Of a stretch of 53,604 bases of DNA, positions 26,297 through 35,899 are shown piece after piece. The position numbers and the translations under genes are program-made. Origin of the DNA: Actinomycetes bacterium (GTDB taxonomy: Bacteria; Actinomycetota; Actinomycetes; JAHEKZ01); assembly GCA_049282455.1 (NCBI GenBank), contig JBAPUB010000246.1, positions 1 through 53,604 of the forward strand, given 5' to 3'. Below the pieces are notes generated by a model. The model worked only from the letters and a program-made list of their open reading frames with translations, made no database searches and was not told where the DNA came from. Numbering within the stretch: the first letter of the stretch is position 1; the number at the start of each line of letters is the position of its first letter.

Positions 26297-26866
26297 ATGG
26301 AACTGCAACGACCAGAAGCCGACCCCTCAGCAAGCATCGTCGTGGTGGGACCCGACGGTCAGCCTGTTTCTTCGCTCCCCGTCCCCTACGACTCGTCCAA
26401 CAGTGACGGGTCCGAGGTCGGTGAGCCGTCGATCACCGACCTGGTCGAGCAGCCCGCCAAGGTGATGCGGATCGGCACGATGATCAAGCAGCTCCTCGAG
26501 GAGGTCCGCCAGGCGCCGCTCGACGAGGCCGGCCGCGAGCGGCTGAAGGAGATCCACCGGCGTTCGATCGGTGAGCTGGAGTCAGGCCTGGCCCCCGAGC
26601 TCGTCGACGAGCTCGAGCGGTTGTCCCTTCCGTTCGCCGACGACCAGACGCCGTCGGAGGCCGAGCTGCGGATCGCCCAGGCGCAGCTGGTCGGTTGGCT
26701 GGAGGGTCTGTTCCACGGCATCCAGACGGCTTTGTTCGCCCAGCAGGTGGCCGCCCGCGCGCAGTTCGACGAGATGCGCAGGCAGGCCGCGCTCCCGCCG
26801 GGGGCAGGTGCCGCGCCCGACGACGAGCGCCCCGGTCCGCATCTGTCCAGTGGTCCCTACCTGTGA
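26297..26866 (+). CDS. bpa: Bacterial proteasome activator Bpa/PafE (DUF2587)
   Basis: Long identity-like stretches match my memory of M. tuberculosis Rv3780: LVEQPAKVMRIGTMIKQLLEEVR and AELRIAQAQLVGWLEGLFHGIQTALFAQQ. The C-terminus is SGPYL, with a penultimate Tyr. Confidence 0.85.
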   Translation: MELQRPEADPSASIVVVGPDGQPVSSLPVPYDSSNSDGSEVGEPSITDLVEQPAKVMRIGTMIKQLLEEVRQAPLDEAGRERLKEIHRRSIGELESGLAPELVDELERLSLPFADDQTPSEAELRIAQAQLVGWLEGLFHGIQTALFAQQVAARAQFDEMRRQAALPPGAGAAPDDERPGPHLSSGPYL

Positions 26867-26990
26867 GCTCCGCGCTGGGGGGTCGCCGCACTGGTTGAGC
26901 CTTTGGCCTCTGGGCGACACAGTCCTGCGGACCGACACTGGTAGCGAGCCAGAGGCGGCAGCCGTGAGATGCACGAGCCGGTGGCGGACC

Positions 26991-27125
26991 ATGGTCCGCG
27001 CCGGGCGGGTGCCCGGGCCCACGCACCAAGCGGGGGCGGGGTTGCTTGCAGATGTCGCGGCGATCCTGTTCGCTGTCGCACTGATGGTCCTGGGGTTGGC
27101 CCGATGGGTGCTCCGACGCGGCTGA
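26991..27125 (+). CDS. Possible 44-aa single-TM peptide
   Basis: ATG at 26991, with high GC at third codon positions. The hydrophobic core is LLADVAAILFAVALMVLGLA and the tail is RWVLRRG. It is the only plausible coding signal in the 290-nt bpa/SET gap. No family support. Confidence 0.25.
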   Translation: MVRAGRVPGPTHQAGAGLLADVAAILFAVALMVLGLARWVLRRG

Positions 27126-27155
27126 CCGGACTCCAACAGCCTGACTCGGTTGCGG

Positions 27156-27674
27156 CTAAGCAGTTCCCCGCGTCGACGACGGCAGCCCGGCGATGCGACG
27201 CTGCAGGTACCCGGAGAACCAGCCCGCGTAACGCGTCTGCAGCTCGGGGAGCCGCCAGTCGTGACCGGTGACGACGCCGCGACACCGGTCTGAGCCGCAA
27301 TGGCACACGAACTCGTCGTAGTCGGTCCCGTCACACATCGCGTAGTCGAACGTGATCTCCTCGCCGGGCTCGATGTCACGCATCGCTACGACCACCATGG
27401 AACCGACGATCCCGCAGGTCGGGTCGCACGAGTGGTTGACCATGTCACCAGGCTCAGGAGTCTCGGCTGTGAGCAGGTACAGGTCGTCGTCGACCTGGAT
27501 CGACCGGTTCTGACGGTCCTCGGGGTGCGCCTCGAGCTGAGTCCGGGACACGACGTGCCCGCCAAATGCCGCAACGGTGGTTCCGGCCGGGATGTGCTCG
27601 CACGCGAAGCTGCCCCAACCCTTGGGCCCCGTCGGGCGAGCCTGCGCCACCGGCGACAGCCAGTTCAAGTCCAT
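27156..27674 (-). CDS. SET-domain protein (putative protein-lysine methyltransferase) with post-SET Cys cluster
   Basis: Motifs are GWGSFA, NHSCDPT, GEEITFDY and CHCGSDRCRG. Confidence 0.8.
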   Translation of the reverse strand: MDLNWLSPVAQARPTGPKGWGSFACEHIPAGTTVAAFGGHVVSRTQLEAHPEDRQNRSIQVDDDLYLLTAETPEPGDMVNHSCDPTCGIVGSMVVVAMRDIEPGEEITFDYAMCDGTDYDEFVCHCGSDRCRGVVTGHDWRLPELQTRYAGWFSGYLQRRIAGLPSSTRGTA

Positions 27675-27716
27675 GCGTCAAGCCTGGCATGGAGGATCCT
27701 GACAATCGAATCAGGA

Positions 27717-28508
27717 TCAGGACCGGTCGAGCAGACGTTCGACGACCGAAGCAACCCCGTCGTCCTCGACGCCGGCCGTGACATGGTCGACCGCGGCCAG
27801 GACCTCCGCGTGCGCGTCGGCCACTGCGTACCCCAGGCCGGCCCAGCGGAGCATCGCCACGTCGTTGGGCATGTCACCGAAGGCGATCACCTCGTCGTGC
27901 CGGACGCCCCATTTCGTCGCGAGCTTCTCCAGCGTCGTGGCCTTGCTCACGCCATGGGCCGAGACCTCGAGCAGGCAGTCGTTCACGTTGGAGTGCGTCA
28001 CGTCCGCGAGACCGTCGAGCGCCGGCCTCGCACGAGCGAGCATCGTGTCGCCGTCGGACTCCTCGTCACGGACGAGCAGCTTGGCGATCGGTCGGTCCAG
28101 GAGCGCCTCGACCGGGGCGATGCGTGGCGACCCGACGTCCCACCTCGGCGTGTAGCGCTCGTCGTGGGAGAACCCGTCCAGGCTCTCGACCCCGAAGGCG
28201 GCCTGCGGAAGCACCGAGCGCACGGCTCGCACGGCAGCCAGCGCAGCCTCGACCGACAGCGGGAACTGCTCGACGACCGCCTCGGAGTGGAGGTCGTACA
28301 CGTACGCGCCGTTCGCACAGACCGCAAGCCCCCGATGCCCCGTCTGCTCCGCGACGCTGTGCATCCACCGCGGCGGCCGCCCGGTCACGAAGACCACCCG
28401 GATCCCCGCGTCCTGCACAGCGGTCAGCGCCGCGCGGGTCCGGGGACTGATCGAGCCGTCGTGGCGCACAATCGTGCCGTCGAGGTCGGTCGCCACAAGT
28501 CGGATCAC
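27717..28508 (-). CDS. Cof-type HAD-IIB family phosphatase
   Basis: GTG at 28508 gives [14 protein letters not shown] (motif I DxDGT). It also has VVFVTGRP and the late [10 protein letters not shown]. The upstream part of ORF 27717..28853 is R/A/G-rich and was rejected. Confidence 0.8.
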   Translation of the reverse strand: MIRLVATDLDGTIVRHDGSISPRTRAALTAVQDAGIRVVFVTGRPPRWMHSVAEQTGHRGLAVCANGAYVYDLHSEAVVEQFPLSVEAALAAVRAVRSVLPQAAFGVESLDGFSHDERYTPRWDVGSPRIAPVEALLDRPIAKLLVRDEESDGDTMLARARPALDGLADVTHSNVNDCLLEVSAHGVSKATTLEKLATKWGVRHDEVIAFGDMPNDVAMLRWAGLGYAVADAHAEVLAAVDHVTAGVEDDGVASVVERLLDRS

Positions 28509-28512
28509 CCGA

Positions 28513-28559
28513 TCATCTTGCCCGTCGCTCGCCGACTGGGCCGATTCTGGGCAAGATGA
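28513..28559. promoter_or_regulatory. Perfect 11-bp inverted repeat in the HAD/trpB2 divergent region
   Basis: TCATCTTGCCC (28513..28523) and GGGCAAGATGA (28549..28559) are separated by 25 nt. The left arm ends 5 nt from the HAD GTG. It could be an operator or a 5'-UTR hairpin. Confidence 0.35.
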
Positions 28560-28609
28560 CCACCGAGGGCCGAGGGGCTCGTGACGACCGAGCAATGGGA
28601 GCGTTCGTG

Positions 28610-29965
28610 ATGCGGCAGCACAAGATCCTGCTGGACGAGTCGGAGATGCCCACGCAGTGGTACAACGTGATCCCCGACCTGCCGAGTCCGCCGCCACCCC
28701 CGCTGCACCCCGGGACGCTGCAGCCGGTCGGACCCGACGACCTCGCGCCGTTGTTTCCGATGGACCTGATCCTGCAGGAGGTGTCGACCGACCGGCACGT
28801 CGACATCCCCGAAGAGGTTCAGGACATCTACCGGTTGTGGCGTCCGTCGCCACTCTTCAGGGCCCACCGCCTCGAAGCCGCGCTGGGGACCCCCGCCCGG
28901 ATCTACTACAAGTACGAGGGTGTCTCGCCGGCCGGGTCGCACAAGCCGAACACCGCAGTCCCCCAGGCGTTCTACAACGCCAAGGCCGGAGTCAAGAAGC
29001 TCACCACCGAGACCGGCGCCGGGCAGTGGGGCACCGCGCTCGCCCTCGCCTGCTCGATGTTCGGCATGGAGTGCGAGGTGTGGCAGGTCGGGGCCTCGTA
29101 CGACCAGAAGCCGTTCCGGCGCACCATCATCGAGACGTTTGGCGGAAGGGTGCACCGCTCGCCCTCCTCGCTCACCGAGGCCGGACGCCGCTTCCTCGCC
29201 GAGGACCCCAACCACCCGGGATCGCTCGGTATCGCCATCAGTGAGGCCGTCGAGGTGGCAGCAGGCGACCCCGAGACCAAGTACGCGTTAGGCAGCGTGC
29301 TCAACCATGTGCTGCTGCACCAGACGATCATCGGCGAGGAGGCTCTCAAGCAGCTTGCCAAGGTCGGCGAGACACCCGACTTCATCGTCGGGTGCACCGG
29401 CGGGGGTTCGAACTTCGCTGGGCTCGCCTTCCCGTTCCTGCGCGAGAAGCTGGCCGGCACCATGGACCCGCACATTCGCGCCGTGGAGCCGGCGTCCTGC
29501 CCGTCGCTCACCCATGGCCGTTACGCCTACGACTTCGGCGACACCGCAGGTATGACACCGCTCATGAAGATGCACACCTTGGGTCATGACTTCGTCCCCG
29601 ACCCCATCCATGCGGGTGGGCTGCGCTACCACGGGATGGCCCCGCTGATCTCGCACGTGTACGAGCTCGGTCTCATGGATGCCGTCGCGATTCCCCAGCT
29701 CGAGTGCTTCGAGGCCGGCGTCCAGTTCGCCCGCACCGAGGGGATCGTGCCTGCACCGGAGCCCACGCACGCACTCGCCGAGACCGTGCGAGAGGCCTTG
29801 CGCTGCAAGGAGTCCGGGCAGGAGAAGGTGATCCTCACAGCACTGTGCGGGCACGGCCACTTCGACATGGCGGCCTACGATGCGTTTCTCACGTCGCGCA
29901 TGGTCGACGAGGACGTCAGCGAGGCGCGGTTCGCCGCCGCGTTGGAGACCGTCCCGACCGTCTGA
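28610..29965 (+). CDS. trpB2: TrpB2-type tryptophan synthase beta-like PLP enzyme
   Basis: The N-terminus is [21 protein letters not shown]. The PLP lysine context is [13 protein letters not shown], and GGGSNFAG is present. The ATG at 28610 is preceded by GGGAG. Alternative starts are 28595 and 28556. Confidence 0.8.
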   Translation: MRQHKILLDESEMPTQWYNVIPDLPSPPPPPLHPGTLQPVGPDDLAPLFPMDLILQEVSTDRHVDIPEEVQDIYRLWRPSPLFRAHRLEAALGTPARIYYKYEGVSPAGSHKPNTAVPQAFYNAKAGVKKLTTETGAGQWGTALALACSMFGMECEVWQVGASYDQKPFRRTIIETFGGRVHRSPSSLTEAGRRFLAEDPNHPGSLGIAISEAVEVAAGDPETKYALGSVLNHVLLHQTIIGEEALKQLAKVGETPDFIVGCTGGGSNFAGLAFPFLREKLAGTMDPHIRAVEPASCPSLTHGRYAYDFGDTAGMTPLMKMHTLGHDFVPDPIHAGGLRYHGMAPLISHVYELGLMDAVAIPQLECFEAGVQFARTEGIVPAPEPTHALAETVREALRCKESGQEKVILTALCGHGHFDMAAYDAFLTSRMVDEDVSEARFAAALETVPTV

Positions 29966-29985
29966 CCTGCCGCCGGACGCAACCT

Positions 29986-31251
29986 TCAGGGGCGGAGGAC
30001 GTCGGCGCCGACCGTGGCGCGAAGTGGCTCGGGCACCACGACCGACCCGTCGGCCCGCTGGAAGTTCTCAAGGATGGCGACGATCACCCGGGGGATCGCC
30101 ACAAGCGTGCCGTTGAGGGTGGCGACCGGCGCGACGACCTCACCCGACCGTGAGCGCACGTTCAGGCGCCTCGCCTGGAACGTTGTGCAGTTGGAAGTCG
30201 ACGTCACCTCGCGGTACTTCCCCTGGGTCGGGATCCACGCTTCGCAGTCGAACTTGCGTGCCGCGCTCGACCCGAGGTCACCGGATGCTACGTCGATGAC
30301 CCGGTACGGGAGATCGAGCGTGTCGAGGAACTGGCGTTCCCACCCGAGCAGCCGCAGGTGCTCGTCCTCGGCGTCCTCGGGCGCGCAGAACGAGAACATC
30401 TCGACCTTGTCGAACTGGTGCACGCGGATGATGCCTCGCGTGTCCTTTCCGTACGATCCGGCTTCGCGTCGAAAGCACGTCGAAAGGCCTGCGTAGCGCA
30501 GCGGCAGCGACTCGGCGTCGAGGATCTCGTCGAGGTGGTAAGCGGCGAGCGGAACCTCCGACGTGCCCACCAGGTAGAAGTCGTCGTCCGGCAGGGCGAA
30601 CACGTTCTCGGCGGCCTGACCGAGGAAGCCGGTGCCCTCCATCGCGGCCGACTTCACCAGGACAGGAGTGACCATCGGGGTGAAGCCGTGTGCGACCGCC
30701 TGCTGCACTGCGAGGTTGACCAAGGCGAGCTCGAGCAGGGCACCCGGACCGGTCAGGTAGAAGAAGCGGGCGCCGGAGACCTTCGCGCCACGGGCGATGT
30801 CGATGGCTCGCAGCCGCTCACCGAGCTCGACATGGTCCAGGGGTTCGAACCCTTCAGCAGCGAAGTCTCGTGGCTGGCCCACGTGCTCGATCACCCGGAA
30901 AGCGTCCTCGCCGCCGACCGGCACCTCCGGCGCCACGACGTTCGACAACAGCAGCGCAGCTTCGCGCAGCTCACCGTCGGTCTCGGACAGCTCACCTTCG
31001 GCCGCCTTGACGTCGATGCTCAGCTGCTTGGCCCGGTCGAGCAGCGCCTGCTTCTCCGGGCCCGATGTCTGGGCCACCTGCTTGCCCAGGGACTTCTGCT
31101 CGGCGCGCAGCCCGTCGAACCGGGTCACGGCAGCGCGTCTGCGCTCGTCCGCCACAAGGACCGCGTCGACCAGGGAAGGGTCCTCGCCGCGAGCCGTCTG
31201 CGAGGAGCGCACTGCGTCGGGGTCGTCACGAAGAGCTCGAATGTCCAGCAC
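29986..31251 (-). CDS. serS: Seryl-tRNA synthetase
   Basis: 421 aa with a GTG start. It has the N-terminal coiled-coil [11 protein letters not shown] and class II motifs ([29 protein letters not shown]). Confidence 0.95.
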   Translation of the reverse strand: MLDIRALRDDPDAVRSSQTARGEDPSLVDAVLVADERRRAAVTRFDGLRAEQKSLGKQVAQTSGPEKQALLDRAKQLSIDVKAAEGELSETDGELREAALLLSNVVAPEVPVGGEDAFRVIEHVGQPRDFAAEGFEPLDHVELGERLRAIDIARGAKVSGARFFYLTGPGALLELALVNLAVQQAVAHGFTPMVTPVLVKSAAMEGTGFLGQAAENVFALPDDDFYLVGTSEVPLAAYHLDEILDAESLPLRYAGLSTCFRREAGSYGKDTRGIIRVHQFDKVEMFSFCAPEDAEDEHLRLLGWERQFLDTLDLPYRVIDVASGDLGSSAARKFDCEAWIPTQGKYREVTSTSNCTTFQARRLNVRSRSGEVVAPVATLNGTLVAIPRVIVAILENFQRADGSVVVPEPLRATVGADVLRP

Positions 31252-31274
31252 GCTGGCAGCCTACCGAGCCGGTG

Positions 31275-33272
31275 CTACAGGTTTCGTGCTCCGACCGCTG
31301 CACTGTCGTCCACGGGACGCAGAAATGACAGGGCCAGCAGAACCGTGGGCAGCTCGGCGGAGGGCACGGGCCGCGACCACAGGTAGCCCTGCCCGACGTC
31401 GCAGCCCATCTCGCGCAGCCGCTCGGTGACGACCTCGTCCTCGACACCTTCAGCGACGACTTCCAGACCGAACTCGTGTGCCAGCTCGACGATGGCCTTC
31501 ACGAGCGTGGCGCCTCCAGGGTCGTCGACCATCCGGATGACGAACGACCGGTCGATCTTCAGCGTCTTGAGCGGCATCTGCTCCAGCTGGGCCATCGACG
31601 TGTAGCCGGTACCGAAGTCGTCCACGGCGATCGTCACACCCATCGCCGCCAGCCGGTGCAGCATGGCGTGGCTGCGTACCGGGTCCTCGATCAGTGCGCT
31701 CTCGGTGACTTCGAGCTCGAGTCGCTCCGGCTCGATGTTGTGACTGGCCAGCAGGTCTTCGACGAAGTCGGCGAACGACGGCTCGACGAGGTTCCGCGCC
31801 GACAGGTTGACGGCCACCGGCAGGTGAGCGAAGTCGGTCTCCTGGGTGTCCCACTCGCCCATCTGCACGACGACCATCTCCAGGACGTAGCGGGTGAGCC
31901 CGTGGATCAGGCCCGTGCGCTCGGCAAGAGGGATGAAGTCGTTCGGCGGGATGTTCCCGCGGGTGGGGTGCTGCCAGCGCAGCAGCGCCTCGGTCCCGAC
32001 CACGTGCCCGGACTCGAGGTTCACCTTGGGCTGGTAGTGCACCGAGAGCTGCCCGGTCCCCAGCGCACTGCGCAGGTCGCCCAGCATGATCAGGCGCTCG
32101 GTGCTGCTTCCGTCGTCCACCGGGTTGTAGACCACGACACCGAGGTGCGCCTGCTTCGCGGCGTACATGGCGATGTCCGCGCGTTGCATGAGCTCGGTTC
32201 CGTCGGTGGCGTGGTCGGGCAGGACGGCGACACCCAGGCTCGACTCCACGTGGAGGACGAGGTCGCCGAGAAGGAACGGTTCGTCGAAGACGGCATGGAC
32301 CCGGCGGGCCAGGCGTTCTGCGTCTTCCACCGACTGAACCCGGGGGGCGAGGACGGCGAACTCGTCCCCACCGAGGCGGGCCACCGTGTCAGCGTCGCGC
32401 AGCACCGTGGCGAGGCGTTCGGACACCTCGATGAGCAAGGCGTCGCCTCGGTCATGCCCCAAGGTGTCGTTGACCTCCTTGAAACGGTCGACGTCCAAGA
32501 TCATCAGGGCGACGTGCTCGGCACCACGCGTGCTCGCCGCCACTGCGCGTTCCAGACGGTCCGCAAGCAGGCGTCGGTTCGGGAGACCGGTCAGCGGGTC
32601 GTGCAGGGCCAGGCGCTCGTTGTCGACGGACTGCTGACGCAGCCGGGTACTGGCACGGTGCACCGTTCGGTACATCAACAGCCAGGCGAGCAACAAGACG
32701 GTGGCGATGAGAGCCGCGACCGTGAGCGTCGAGTTGCGGATCAGTGCCTGGGTGTCCGCCCAAGGAAGGTTCACCTCGGCGACGCCGTAGGTGCCCGCGT
32801 ACTCGTCGCCGTAGCTGATCGGCACGTACACCGACAGCACAGCCCCATCGCTCCCATTCTCGACAGCCGCTACCGACCGCCCGGTGGCCAGGACCTTGTC
32901 CATCGTCTCGCCCTCGGCGGCCGGCCCGTTGACGACGTCCCCGGTGCTCGTCCACAGGAGCTCGCCGCTGCGCGAGTACAGGTTCAGGGAGTCCAGGGAC
33001 TGCTGGTTGGCCCCCGTCGCAAGACCGTCCAGGGATCCCGCACTGGCCATCTGGGCTGCCTTGGCGGGGTCGGCCCAGAACTGGGCCGCGGTGGTGTTGG
33101 TGATCACCCGCTCGACGCCGACCGTGGTGAACGTCTCGGCCCTGGCCATGCCGTCCTGCCGTGCCTGGGTTCGCACCGTCGACGCGAAGAGGAAGGTCAG
33201 GGCAACCATGAGCGCCGCCATGGTCGACAGGCTCACCACAGCGAACGTCGTCATCAACGAGAAGCGGCGCAC
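31275..33272 (-). CDS. Membrane-anchored GGDEF-EAL protein with extracytoplasmic sensor domain
   Basis: Two TM helices flank a ~190-aa domain. The GGDEF domain is intact (RLGGDEFAV) and the EAL domain is intact (GTEALLRW, DDFGTGY). The start is uncertain: GTG 33272, ATG 33254 or ATG 33359. The stop is only 23 nt upstream of serS. Confidence 0.85.
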   Translation of the reverse strand: MRRFSLMTTFAVVSLSTMAALMVALTFLFASTVRTQARQDGMARAETFTTVGVERVITNTTAAQFWADPAKAAQMASAGSLDGLATGANQQSLDSLNLYSRSGELLWTSTGDVVNGPAAEGETMDKVLATGRSVAAVENGSDGAVLSVYVPISYGDEYAGTYGVAEVNLPWADTQALIRNSTLTVAALIATVLLLAWLLMYRTVHRASTRLRQQSVDNERLALHDPLTGLPNRRLLADRLERAVAASTRGAEHVALMILDVDRFKEVNDTLGHDRGDALLIEVSERLATVLRDADTVARLGGDEFAVLAPRVQSVEDAERLARRVHAVFDEPFLLGDLVLHVESSLGVAVLPDHATDGTELMQRADIAMYAAKQAHLGVVVYNPVDDGSSTERLIMLGDLRSALGTGQLSVHYQPKVNLESGHVVGTEALLRWQHPTRGNIPPNDFIPLAERTGLIHGLTRYVLEMVVVQMGEWDTQETDFAHLPVAVNLSARNLVEPSFADFVEDLLASHNIEPERLELEVTESALIEDPVRSHAMLHRLAAMGVTIAVDDFGTGYTSMAQLEQMPLKTLKIDRSFVIRMVDDPGGATLVKAIVELAHEFGLEVVAEGVEDEVVTERLREMGCDVGQGYLWSRPVPSAELPTVLLALSFLRPVDDSAAVGARNL

Positions 33273-33325
33273 GAGACCAGTGATCGGCCCGTTTGGACCC
33301 CTCCTGAAGCCGCAGGGAGCCAGGG

Positions 33326-34267
33326 TCAGGTTCGACCCTCTCGGATCCGGGCCAGCCACGCCTGGGCTTCACGGAACTCCTCGTCGGTGACGCCCCGCCG
33401 AAGTAGCGGCCGCGCCCCGCTGCTGCGCGGGTACGAGCCCAGGTAGCGGACCTCGGCGCAGACCCTGCGAAGTCCGGTCAGGGCCTCGCCCACGCGTGCG
33501 TCGTCGACGTGACCTTCGATGTCGATGGAGAAGAAGTAGTCACCGATCCCACCCCCCGTCGGGCGGGACTCGATCCGGGTCAGGTTGACCCCCCGGACCG
33601 CGAACTCGGTGAGGATCTCCAGCAGCGCCCCAGGATGGTCCTCGCCCATGACCAGCACGAGGGACGTCTTGTCGGACCCGGTCGCCGGTCCCGGTGGCAC
33701 CGGACCACTGACCAGGACGAAGCGGGTCTGGGCCCCCGAGTGGGCACCGACCCCGTCGGCCAGGACGTCCAGCCCGTACACCTCGGCTGCCAGGGGACCG
33801 GCGATGGCCGCGTCGAACGGCGAGCCCGGCTCGGCGACAGCCGCAGCGGCCGCCGCCGTCGAGGCGGACAGGACCAGCGTGGACTCGGGCAGGTTCTCGG
33901 CGACCCAGGCCCGACACTGGGCCTCGGCGTGGGGGTGTGTCGTGATCGTCCGCACAGCACCCAGCGGGGTGCCCGGCCGAGCCATGAGCGCGAAAGTCAC
34001 CGGAACCAGGGCCTCCGCGATGATGACCAGCGGCGAACCGGTCGCCAGCGCGTCGAGGGTCGCGCTCACTGACCCTTCGACGGAGTTCTCGAGGGGGACC
34101 ATCGCTGCCCTGACGTCGCCTGACCGAACCGCGAGGAGGGCGGTGTCGACGCTGCTGCACGGGACCAGATCACCCGGGCGCCCCTGCAGCCAGCCCAGCA
34201 GCGCAGCTTCGGTGAAGGTGCCCTCGGGGCCGAGGTAGGCGTAGCGAGGCACCGCGGGTTCGGACAC
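33326..34267 (-). CDS. pheA: Prephenate dehydratase
   Basis: It has YLGPEGTFTEAA, a TRF motif context and a C-terminal ACT domain (GALLEILTEFAVRGVNLTRIESRP). GTG start. Confidence 0.9.
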   Translation of the reverse strand: MSEPAVPRYAYLGPEGTFTEAALLGWLQGRPGDLVPCSSVDTALLAVRSGDVRAAMVPLENSVEGSVSATLDALATGSPLVIIAEALVPVTFALMARPGTPLGAVRTITTHPHAEAQCRAWVAENLPESTLVLSASTAAAAAAVAEPGSPFDAAIAGPLAAEVYGLDVLADGVGAHSGAQTRFVLVSGPVPPGPATGSDKTSLVLVMGEDHPGALLEILTEFAVRGVNLTRIESRPTGGGIGDYFFSIDIEGHVDDARVGEALTGLRRVCAEVRYLGSYPRSSGARPLLRRGVTDEEFREAQAWLARIREGRT

Positions 34268-34274
34268 GCCGGGC

Positions 34275-34315
34275 AGCCTAGCGACCCGAGCCAGTGGTCG
34301 AGGTCGTGGTCGAGG
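34275..34315 (-). promoter_or_regulatory. pheA upstream region: possible leaderless -10 (TAGGCT) plus a direct repeat CCTCGACCAC-GA-CCTCGACCAC
   Basis: On the minus strand TAGGCT (34275..34280) sits 7 nt before the GTG at 34267. On the plus strand GTGGTCGAGG occurs at 34294..34303 and 34306..34315, a 12-bp period. Confidence 0.3.
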
Positions 34316-34340
34316 GCGCGGTCAATGTGTGAGGGGTCGG

Positions 34341-35315
34341 TCAGCGTCGAGCGTTCTTGGCGATGACCGAGACGAGCTCGTAGGCCAGGTTCGCCGCGGC
34401 GATGGCGGTCAGCTCGGCATGGTCGTAGGCCGGTGACACCTCGACCACGTCGGCACCGACGATCCGGGCGCCGTCGAACCCGCGCACCAGCGCCAGCAGC
34501 TCACGGCTCGTCAGGCCACCGATCTCCGGCGTGCCGGTTCCCGGGGCATGTGCCGGGTCGAGGACGTCGATGTCGATGGACACGTAGACCGGGGCGTCGC
34601 CGATGCGCTCGCGAACCCGTGACACGACTTCGGCCACACCCACCGTCTCGAACTCGCGGGCGTGCACGATCGCGAACCCCATCCCGGCGTCCTCGCGCAG
34701 GTCCTGCTCGGAGTACAGGGGGCCACGGATCCCGATGTGCATCGTCTGGTCTGCAAGCAGCAGCTGTTCCTCCCACGCCCGGCGAAACGGGGTGCCGTGC
34801 GTATAAGGGGCGCCGAAGTACGTGTCCCACGTGTCGAGGTGGGCATCGAAGTGCACCAGCGCCACCGGCCCGTACTGCTCACGCATCGCCCTGAGAGCAG
34901 GCAGCGCAATGGTGTGGTCACCGCCCAGTGTGACAACAGGGCGCCCATCGGACGACAGCTCGGTCAGCCCCTCCTGCACCTGCGCCAGCGCGTTCTCGAT
35001 GTCGAATGGGTTCACGGCGAGGTCGCCCGCATCGACCACCTGCACCCCCTCGAAGGGCGAGACGTCGAGAGCGGGGTTGTACGGACGAAGCAGCCGCGAG
35101 CCCTCACGGATGGCAGCCGGGCCGAACCGAGCGCCCGGCCGGTAGCTGACGCCTGCGTCGAACGGGATGCCGACCACGGCAATGTCATGACGGCCCACGT
35201 CGCCCAGCCGCGGCAGCCTGGCAAACGTGCCGAAGCCGGCGAAGCGCGGAACCACGACGGCGTCGACCTGACCGACGACGTCGCCGTTGGTGAGCCTGCG
35301 TTCTGGGCCCATCAC
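34341..35315 (-). CDS. speB: Agmatinase/guanidino-acid hydrolase (ureohydrolase family)
   Basis: Mn-binding motifs are [17 protein letters not shown] and [19 protein letters not shown]. The start (GTG 35315 or ATG 35312) overlaps the upstream stop. Confidence 0.85.
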   Translation of the reverse strand: MMGPERRLTNGDVVGQVDAVVVPRFAGFGTFARLPRLGDVGRHDIAVVGIPFDAGVSYRPGARFGPAAIREGSRLLRPYNPALDVSPFEGVQVVDAGDLAVNPFDIENALAQVQEGLTELSSDGRPVVTLGGDHTIALPALRAMREQYGPVALVHFDAHLDTWDTYFGAPYTHGTPFRRAWEEQLLLADQTMHIGIRGPLYSEQDLREDAGMGFAIVHAREFETVGVAEVVSRVRERIGDAPVYVSIDIDVLDPAHAPGTGTPEIGGLTSRELLALVRGFDGARIVGADVVEVSPAYDHAELTAIAAANLAYELVSVIAKNARR

Positions 35316-35809
35316 TGGGGCCCCTGACGCGCGTAGGTGATGGCCTGCTGCTCCTCCGGTGAGAGCGAGGCGTCGCTGGCACCCGCCTTCACGCCCTTGG
35401 CATACGTCCGCGTCTCGCTTCGCCCGTTGATCGAGGTGATCACCAGACCGTCGCCTGTGTCGTCGAGCAGGGCTGCGGTGAACGACATTCGTCCACCCAT
35501 GTCGTTGAAGGCGTCGTACCGGACCACGGACACGTGGCGAATTGCGTCGTGGAGGTCGAGCTGCAGGGACTCGACCAGCTGCACGGTGTCGGCGACCTGT
35601 TGCTGCAGCTGCTGGACCTGCGCGGTCTTGCGCTCGACGACCCGCACGAACGACTCGGCCTCGCCGTCACCTTGGAGGACCGAGTACGAGCGACGCAGGC
35701 TTCGGACCTTCGTGAGGGCGACCACCGCGAGGAGCAGTGCGAGAACCCCGGTGACGGCGCCGACGATCGAGAGCAGGGCGACCAGCGAAGGGTCGAGGTC
35801 GAGCGACAC
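35312..35809 (-). CDS. DUF4446-family protein (N-terminal TM helix + coiled coil)
   Basis: 165 aa. The TM helix is [24 protein letters not shown]. The conserved core [36 protein letters not shown] fits my memory of DUF4446. Confidence 0.65.
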   Translation of the reverse strand: MSLDLDPSLVALLSIVGAVTGVLALLLAVVALTKVRSLRRSYSVLQGDGEAESFVRVVERKTAQVQQLQQQVADTVQLVESLQLDLHDAIRHVSVVRYDAFNDMGGRMSFTAALLDDTGDGLVITSINGRSETRTYAKGVKAGASDASLSPEEQQAITYARQGPQ

Positions 35810-35887
35810 GGTCAGTCACGTCCATCAGGCGATGAGGAGGGGTCTGGCCAGGGTATCGAGTTTCGGCACCGTCCCTGACCAGGCCAC

Positions 35888-35893
35888 TACAGT
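35888..35893 (+). promoter_or_regulatory. Possible -10 hexamer (TACAGT) for a leaderless transcript of the 35900 gene
   Basis: TACAGT is followed by 6 nt and then the GTG at 35900. No Shine-Dalgarno. Confidence 0.3.
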
Positions 35894-35899
35894 CGCGGG

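Noticed and set aside
31252-31274. T-box or attenuator leaders for serS and pheA
   Set aside because: The serS upstream gap is only 23 nt, so the gene is probably read through from the GGDEF-EAL gene or from an internal promoter. The pheA upstream gap is 73 nt and has no Phe-rich leader peptide.
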